NCBI GenBank assembly: GCA_020854825.1
Contig: JAHKLY010000007.1
Coordinates: forward strand, 1 to 11,934
Source of the DNA: Candidatus Micrarchaeota archaeon
Lineage (GTDB): Archaea > Micrarchaeota > Micrarchaeia > Anstonellales > JAHKLY01
Direction of reading: 5' to 3'
Length of the DNA: 11,934 nt
Shown here: positions 6,066-11,934 of the stretch, piece after piece
Position numbering within the stretch: position 1 is the first letter of the stretch
How the letters are laid out: each line of letters begins with the position of its first letter
The notes under the pieces: generated by a model
What the model saw: only the letters and a program-made list of their open reading frames with translations
What the model was told of the DNA's origin: nothing
Database searches by the model: none
Position numbers and translations under genes: made by a program

Positions 6066-6827
6066 TTATATACTAATTATGCCAAATAAGTATAAAATAA
6101 AAATAATTACGGGTTGATGTAAAAAATAAATAATTAACGAATGTCTGCCAATATAATTTAAAGCATCTACTAATTTATTATTTGGATCTTTAATAAATCT
6201 AAATTGTCTTTTATAATTTTTATAAAACATATTCCCTAAAGATAGCCCTATTAATACAATGCCAAACCAAGGTAAAATTGGAAAATAATCAAATGTATTA
6301 AAATGATGTGGTATAAATCCCAACCAGAATAATTCATTAACATTGAACTGCAGGGTTTGTAAATAAAAACCAGTAATGATAATAAGAATACCAATAATTA
6401 AATTATAAATATTTTTTTCTTTTATTAAATTAAATTTAAGAAATGGAATAGAAAGAATTATTGAAATTCCAATTAAATGTAGTATTCCAAATCTGATAAA
6501 ATTATTGGGAAAAATTAGCCAAGTGATACTACTTATTATTAACCCAAGAGAAAATATTTTTAAACCTCTTAAAAATAATTTTATATATCTGTTTGATTTA
6601 TCAATCTGGTTTTTTGAATAACTTAATGTTAAAGAAATTCCTACTAATAAAAGAAAAAGAATAGCTGCACTTCTACCTATTAATAAAAATAAGGCAGAAT
6701 GAATATCAAATGCATAGTTTCCAAAATATGATAAATCAAATAAGAGATGATATATGATCATTAAAATTATGGCAATTCCTCTAAGAGAATCTATCTCCCA
6801 AAATCTATTTATTTTAGAATTTTTCAT
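6066..6827 (-). CDS. DUF1624 / heparan-alpha-glucosaminide N-acetyltransferase (HGSNAT)-like multi-pass membrane protein, 253 aa
   Basis: Family motifs RFWEIDSLRGIAIILMIIYH, FGILHLIG, DYFPILPWFG and GRHSLIIYFLHQP, plus several hydrophobic helices. Confidence 0.88.
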   Translation of the reverse strand: MKNSKINRFWEIDSLRGIAIILMIIYHLLFDLSYFGNYAFDIHSALFLLIGRSAAILFLLLVGISLTLSYSKNQIDKSNRYIKLFLRGLKIFSLGLIISSITWLIFPNNFIRFGILHLIGISIILSIPFLKFNLIKEKNIYNLIIGILIIITGFYLQTLQFNVNELFWLGFIPHHFNTFDYFPILPWFGIVLIGLSLGNMFYKNYKRQFRFIKDPNNKLVDALNYIGRHSLIIYFLHQPVIIFILYLFGIISI

Positions 6828-6848
6828 TATACTCTATTGATATATACC

Positions 6849-6863
6849 ATTTAAGTTTTTAAA
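6849..6863 (-). promoter_or_regulatory. Possible BRE/TATA promoter for the DUF1624 gene (near-leaderless)
   Basis: Minus-strand TTTAAAAACTTAAAT lies about 25 nt upstream of ATG 6827 and no SD is visible. The AT-rich background weakens this call. Confidence 0.35.
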
Positions 6864-6871
6864 TTAAACGT

Positions 6872-6891
6872 AAAAATAAAAAAAAAAGAAA
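6872..6891 (-). terminator. Oligo-T archaeal terminator after the large minus-strand gene
   Basis: TTTCTTTTTTTTTTATTTTT immediately after the stop codon on the minus strand. Confidence 0.6.
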
Positions 6892-9800
6892 TTAAGGTTT
6901 GAAATCTTTACTTGAACTTTCTTTATTAACACTTGTTGTTGGTGGTTTTATTGAATTAGTATCTGGTTTATTATATCCTTCGTATATTTTTTCAATTCCA
7001 TCTTTTGTTTGTATATATTTATCAATTGTTAGTAAAGATTTACATTCTCCGTCAAGACATACATATCCAAATGGACAGTATTCTATAGAAGATCTCATCA
7101 CCCCATTTATATCGCAGAAGTATTCATATAAACTTAATTCATCTCTGCAATTGTCTTTCTTACTTTCTCCTAAATATGTTGTTTCTCCATAGTTGAATAT
7201 ATTATATCCTTCATCTGAATCAATACATTCTCCGGTTAATAAGTTCAATACACAATCAATAGAGCAGGTTACTGAATTACTTGGGTATATAGATAAATCA
7301 ATTACTTCATCACATATATTGTCTCCTATATTGTTACCTGTAGATGTATCTAATAAGATATCTATTTCATTTCTGCACAAATAGTTATCTTCAATTATAT
7401 TATAATATGCTCCATTAGAGAATAATCCACGATAACAGGTAGTAACACTATTAGATATTATTTCATTGTTATTTCCCAATATATAAATTCCATCTCCCAT
7501 TGTTTCTTCACATACTATTGTATTATCAGTAATTTTACTATTATGTGTATTTAATAAAAGAAGTGACCCCATACTTAAAAGTGTTTCTTCATCATTTTCA
7601 ATTATATTTCTTTCAATTGTCAAATTATCGGAATTCATGAAGTCTAATGGAGCGATAAGGAAATAAATTCCTTCAGTTCGTATAGTGTTATCAATAATTT
7701 CAGAATTTAGTGTATATGTTCCGTATATTGATGAAAATCCTTCAAACGTATTATTTTGTATTTTTGAATTATTAAAGAATGAAGTTCCAATTCCGTAATT
7801 TATAAATTTAATATTTTTTATTGTAATTCCATTTAAGTAATTTCCTTCATCTCTATATTCTGTTTTTTTTATTGAGTATGTTTCTTGTTGTTCTTCTGAA
7901 TTTCTTGTATCTTCTTCATACCATATATTGCCTATAATTACTGTATTATTACCTTCAATAACTATATTATCTGCACCAATAGTTATATTTCCAAAAACTT
8001 CGTATTCTCCTTCGCAGAAAATTGTATCTTCCATAATTATCATTCCTGCATAAGGTTCAACACATTCTCTTAATTCGCATCTTAGATCATCTCCAAACAC
8101 TTCATAAACTGAACATTCATTATCAGTACATGTACAATCTCCTAAACAATCATTTGGTACATTAGAATATTCATAATAATCTAATCCTACACATCCACTT
8201 AATGCAGAACAATCTGTATCTTCACAATCATTTTCTGCATCACATTCTGCATCGCAATCAGTTACTGAACATTCATGTGTTAAATCAACAGTTCCTAAAG
8301 TACATGATTCTGTTTCTTCATTACATGTTGATGTAAATCCACCAAAGAAATCCCATGTAAATGGATTTGCATCTGGATTATTATTACATGTTTCAATACT
8401 TAGTAAATTATTTCCAGAACAATCTACAGGTGTACCTGCTTGGCATTCAGTTATTCCATCTAATAATTCAGTACATGTTTCTTGTCCATCGCAATATATT
8501 TCATTATCACATTCTTCGATAATTGTTGAATCATATGCAATACATTCTCCTGCAGAACAAGAATAATCAGAGTATATTCTATTTGTTCCATCACAAGATT
8601 CTGTATTATATGTATTACAGTTTTCTAATTCTATTGTTTCTGCTACACAAATATTTTCTTCACAAATACCTTCGGTTTGCATTATTAAATCTCCAGTGCA
8701 ATAAATAGTATTTAATGAAGAACAATCTGAATCACTTTCGCAAGTGGTTTCTCCTATTAAATTAAATCCAAAACATCCCCATTCATTTTCTGTTTCAACT
8801 TCTCTTACATCACATACTTTTGTTAATAATGATGGTGCAACAGGATTATGCGGAGTATCTACTATTTGTTTACCAATTGATACACTTCCTCTGTATAAAT
8901 ATTCTCCTAAATAAGAATAATGGAAGTATATTTTTTCTTCTGTTATTTCATCAACAATAATTGTATATCCACCAAAATGATATTCTTCTCTTTCAATTCC
9001 ATTTGGGATATATAATTGGAGATGTTCACATTCGTGACAGTTTGTACATCTATAATCGTTTTCATAAATTTCATATATTGAACATTCATTATCAGTACAT
9101 AAACAGTCATCCAAACAAGTGTTTGGTACATTAGAATATTCATAATAATCTAATCCTACACATCCACTTAATGCAGAACAATCTGTATCTTCACAATCAT
9201 TTTCTGCATCACATTCTGCATCACAAGATTCTACTGAACATTCATGTGTTAATTCAATTGTTCCAATTGTACATGCCCTTACATCTTCATTACATGTTGA
9301 TGTAAATCCACCAAAGAAATCCCATGTAAATGGATTTGCATCTGGATCATTTGTACATGTTGCAATACCTGCTAAATTATTTCCTGAACAATCTACAGGA
9401 ACACCTTCTTGACAACCAAAATCTAAATTACAATATTCAGTTCCATCACAATAAATACCATTATCACAATATGAATGATCTGGTTCATAAGTACATTCAA
9501 AGATTGCATAACAGTTACCTATTGCACATTCAACTCCTTCATTACAATCTGTATTTTGAGTTTCATCATATATTACATATCCATCTGCATCACATAATGC
9601 ACAAATTCCTGCATCTTGTCCATCACTTGAGCAATCACTCCAATGTCCCACAATACATAATTTTTCACCAGCACAAATTCCTTCTCCACATTCTTCAGTG
9701 ATTTCATCTACAATCATATCACAATTATCGTCTATTCCATTACATATTTCTTCCATTTCTGGATTAACGAAATAATTTAAATCATTGCAATCTGTATTAT

Positions 9801-11934
9801 CTTCAACATATCCTTCTGCTGGATAATCTGTACAAGTTTCAAATGTATTTGTTGGATCTCCATATCCATCTCCATCTGAATCTCTATAGTATGTATATAT
9901 AGGTAAATCTTCATCAATTTCTCCATTACAATTATCATCTATTCCATTACATATTTCTTCTGCGTCAGGATGAACATTAGGATTTGAATCATCACAATCT
10001 CCACATTCTAAATCCCATCCATCTCCATCAGCATCTGTGCCTGTTAATGTATATTCGAAATCCATTGAACATTCATTTTCAGTACATACACAATCATCCA
10101 AACAAGTGTTTGGTACATTTGAATAAGTTCTATATTTTCCCGCATAGCATCCACTTAAATCTTCACAATCTGTATCTTCACAATCATTTTCTGCATCACA
10201 TTCTGCATCACAATCAGTTACTGAACATTCATGTGTTAAATCAACAGTTCCTAAAGTACATGATTCTGTTTCTTCATTACATGTTGATGTAAATCCAGCA
10301 AAGAAATCCCATGTAAATGGATTTGCATCTGGATTATTATTACATGTTTCAATACTTAGTAAATTATTTCCAGAACAATCTACAGGTGTTCCACTTAAAC
10401 ATGATGGTTCTCCGCCTGTTAATATAGAGCACATTTCATTTCCATTACAGAATAATCCATCATCACAATTATCTTCTTCATATACTCTGTTTATCACACA
10501 TTGCGTTTCAATTTCTTCACTACAGGTATAATCTTCATACATTATTAATGAACCATCGCAGAAATAATTATTTAATCTATTACAATCTTCTAATCCTGCA
10601 TTTTGTGAAATACATTTATGTTCTGAATTACAAACTCCTTCTCGTGTTATTATTAAATCTCCAGAACAATATGTATAATCTAAATGTTCACATTCAATAT
10701 CTTCCCAACATTCTGCTACATTAAAAATAAATGTTTCTTGTAATTCGCATATCCCATTATCTAATCTGATAGTTATATTATGTTCGCCATAATCCAACCA
10801 GTATGGAACAATAGGTTCAAATTCTTCAGATCTTGAATCTTTTGAATCTCTAGTTAATTCAGTTACATCCCAACCCCAATCTCTATAATCAAAATTATTA
10901 ATTTCAAAATAAATTATATCTCCATTTGATACCCAAGAATATTCTGGAGGCGAAATTAAAATTATATTTGGAGTACTATACACTCCAATATTCCAATGTT
11001 CTGAATGAGTATTAAATTCTCCATCAGTTACAGAAACATACCATTCGTATTCTCCTTGTTCTAAATCAATGGAATAACTTTCTTCTTCAGTTGTATGTGT
11101 AGTTATTTCTTCTCCTCCTTGTAAAATATGAAGTGTATATATTAATGTATCTTCATTTAAGTCGTTTCCTTCCCAAGTAAATTCAATGGAATTTCCACAA
11201 ACACCTAATTCATTTTCTGGAGAAATTAATTCAATTGTTGGTGGATAATTTGTATCTACTTTAAATCTCCATTCCTCACTAACTTGTGTATTATATCCAT
11301 CGTTTGCTACTACATACCAATACATATATTCTTCGCATTCTTCAAATCCATTAAATAAGAATAGAGTACTATATCCAGAATATATAGGAGAATAACTTTT
11401 TCCTCCATGTATGTTTGTTTCACATGAAAGATATACTGTATATTGTATTGTATCTGAAAATTCACTTTCTCCTCTCCATATTAAAGGTATTGCACCACCT
11501 TCATTTACATTTATAGTTATATCATTTTCAGGGCTAATTAAATCTATTGTTAATGAACTTGGATTATTTATACAAACTCCATTATTACAAAAAGTTCCAA
11601 ATGGACATGAGGTTTCAAATGTTATTAATTCAGTTCCATCGCAATAGTGTTCTGTAATTTTTGTTTCATCAACACAATAATCCTCGTAACTTCCTAATCT
11701 ATTTGTTGTAATTCCAAATATAGTTAATATTGGTCCCCCATCTGAATCTTCACAAAATTCAGGACATTCATTTTCCCAATTTGATAATCCAGTATCAGAA
11801 TATTCTCCATCAAAAGCAATTGCTTCACAAGTTATAATCGTACATTCAATATTATTACCAGGATAAATTGCATCTAAATCACATAAAGTTCCTGTTTCAC
11901 AAATACCTTCTGTTTCATAACCTTCTTGTAAAAT
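6892..11934 (-). CDS. Giant Cys/acidic-rich extracellular protein (5'-truncated, >=1680 aa): Ig/FN3-like domains, three ~110-aa Cys-rich repeats, two MopE-like 'EICNGIDDNC' putative metal-binding motifs, right-handed beta-helix (NosD/pectin-lyase-like), CxDSD modules
   Basis: The frame has no stop from 11325 to the window end (ILQEGYETEGICETGTLC...CEAIAFDGEYS...CEDSDGG...), so ATG 11325 is internal. Motifs DADGDG..DCDDSNPNVHPDAEEICNGIDDNC and NSKIQNNTF/NSEIIDNTI/NLTIERNII/NSKITDNTI. No C-terminal TM helix. Confidence 0.9.
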   Translation of the reverse strand: MLQEGYETEGICETGTLCDLDAIYPGNNIECTIITCEAIAFDGEYSDTGLSNWENECPEFCEDSDGGPILTIFGITTNRLGSYEDYCVDETKITEHYCDGTELITFETSCPFGTFCNNGVCINNPSSLTIDLISPENDITINVNEGGAIPLIWRGESEFSDTIQYTVYLSCETNIHGGKSYSPIYSGYSTLFLFNGFEECEEYMYWYVVANDGYNTQVSEEWRFKVDTNYPPTIELISPENELGVCGNSIEFTWEGNDLNEDTLIYTLHILQGGEEITTHTTEEESYSIDLEQGEYEWYVSVTDGEFNTHSEHWNIGVYSTPNIILISPPEYSWVSNGDIIYFEINNFDYRDWGWDVTELTRDSKDSRSEEFEPIVPYWLDYGEHNITIRLDNGICELQETFIFNVAECWEDIECEHLDYTYCSGDLIITREGVCNSEHKCISQNAGLEDCNRLNNYFCDGSLIMYEDYTCSEEIETQCVINRVYEEDNCDDGLFCNGNEMCSILTGGEPSCLSGTPVDCSGNNLLSIETCNNNPDANPFTWDFFAGFTSTCNEETESCTLGTVDLTHECSVTDCDAECDAENDCEDTDCEDLSGCYAGKYRTYSNVPNTCLDDCVCTENECSMDFEYTLTGTDADGDGWDLECGDCDDSNPNVHPDAEEICNGIDDNCNGEIDEDLPIYTYYRDSDGDGYGDPTNTFETCTDYPAEGYVEDNTDCNDLNYFVNPEMEEICNGIDDNCDMIVDEITEECGEGICAGEKLCIVGHWSDCSSDGQDAGICALCDADGYVIYDETQNTDCNEGVECAIGNCYAIFECTYEPDHSYCDNGIYCDGTEYCNLDFGCQEGVPVDCSGNNLAGIATCTNDPDANPFTWDFFGGFTSTCNEDVRACTIGTIELTHECSVESCDAECDAENDCEDTDCSALSGCVGLDYYEYSNVPNTCLDDCLCTDNECSIYEIYENDYRCTNCHECEHLQLYIPNGIEREEYHFGGYTIIVDEITEEKIYFHYSYLGEYLYRGSVSIGKQIVDTPHNPVAPSLLTKVCDVREVETENEWGCFGFNLIGETTCESDSDCSSLNTIYCTGDLIMQTEGICEENICVAETIELENCNTYNTESCDGTNRIYSDYSCSAGECIAYDSTIIEECDNEIYCDGQETCTELLDGITECQAGTPVDCSGNNLLSIETCNNNPDANPFTWDFFGGFTSTCNEETESCTLGTVDLTHECSVTDCDAECDAENDCEDTDCSALSGCVGLDYYEYSNVPNDCLGDCTCTDNECSVYEVFGDDLRCELRECVEPYAGMIIMEDTIFCEGEYEVFGNITIGADNIVIEGNNTVIIGNIWYEEDTRNSEEQQETYSIKKTEYRDEGNYLNGITIKNIKFINYGIGTSFFNNSKIQNNTFEGFSSIYGTYTLNSEIIDNTIRTEGIYFLIAPLDFMNSDNLTIERNIIENDEETLLSMGSLLLLNTHNSKITDNTIVCEETMGDGIYILGNNNEIISNSVTTCYRGLFSNGAYYNIIEDNYLCRNEIDILLDTSTGNNIGDNICDEVIDLSIYPSNSVTCSIDCVLNLLTGECIDSDEGYNIFNYGETTYLGESKKDNCRDELSLYEYFCDINGVMRSSIEYCPFGYVCLDGECKSLLTIDKYIQTKDGIEKIYEGYNKPDTNSIKPPTTSVNKESSSKDFKP
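8110..10392 (-). repeat. Three dispersed intragenic ~330-bp repeats (about 8110-8436, 9079-9405, 10066-10392)
   Basis: Each encodes PVDCSGNNL...PDANPFTWDFF.GFTSTCNE...CDAECDAENDCEDTDC...YSNVPN.CL.DC.CT.NECS. 8209-8433 vs 10165-10389 differ at 2 of 225 nt. 8153-8253 is identical to 9122-9222. Confidence 0.93.

Noticed and set aside
6899-11647. Short ORFs inside the large minus-strand gene
   Set aside because: Antisense or out-of-frame shadows. Their His/Leu/Ser-rich composition reflects the real gene's codon bias.

Overview
AT-rich archaeal window, probably a DPANN-type lineage (inferred from rpl40e with an AGGTGAT Shine-Dalgarno site, BHB-type tRNA introns and giant Cys/acidic surface proteins). 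Two very large modular surface-protein genes, both running off the window edges (<1..4956 +, 6892..>11934 -), flank a core block: tRNA-Leu(TAG) with two introns (-), rpl40e (-, missed by the ORF track), a hairpin-dense intergenic region with a 39-bp duplication, tRNA-Thr(TGT) with two introns (+) and a DUF1624/HGSNAT-like membrane protein (-). The main observation is that all four tRNA introns, at three different tRNA positions (21/22, 37/38, 58/59 twice), share one architecture. Each has a pyrimidine/purine hairpin followed by a mirror copy of the purine arm, which is an intrastrand triplex signature, always in the same orientation relative to the tRNA. This suggests a mobile or structured intron family. 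The LRR repeats also show a homogenised scaffold with hypervariable, mostly NNC codons on the ligand-binding face.
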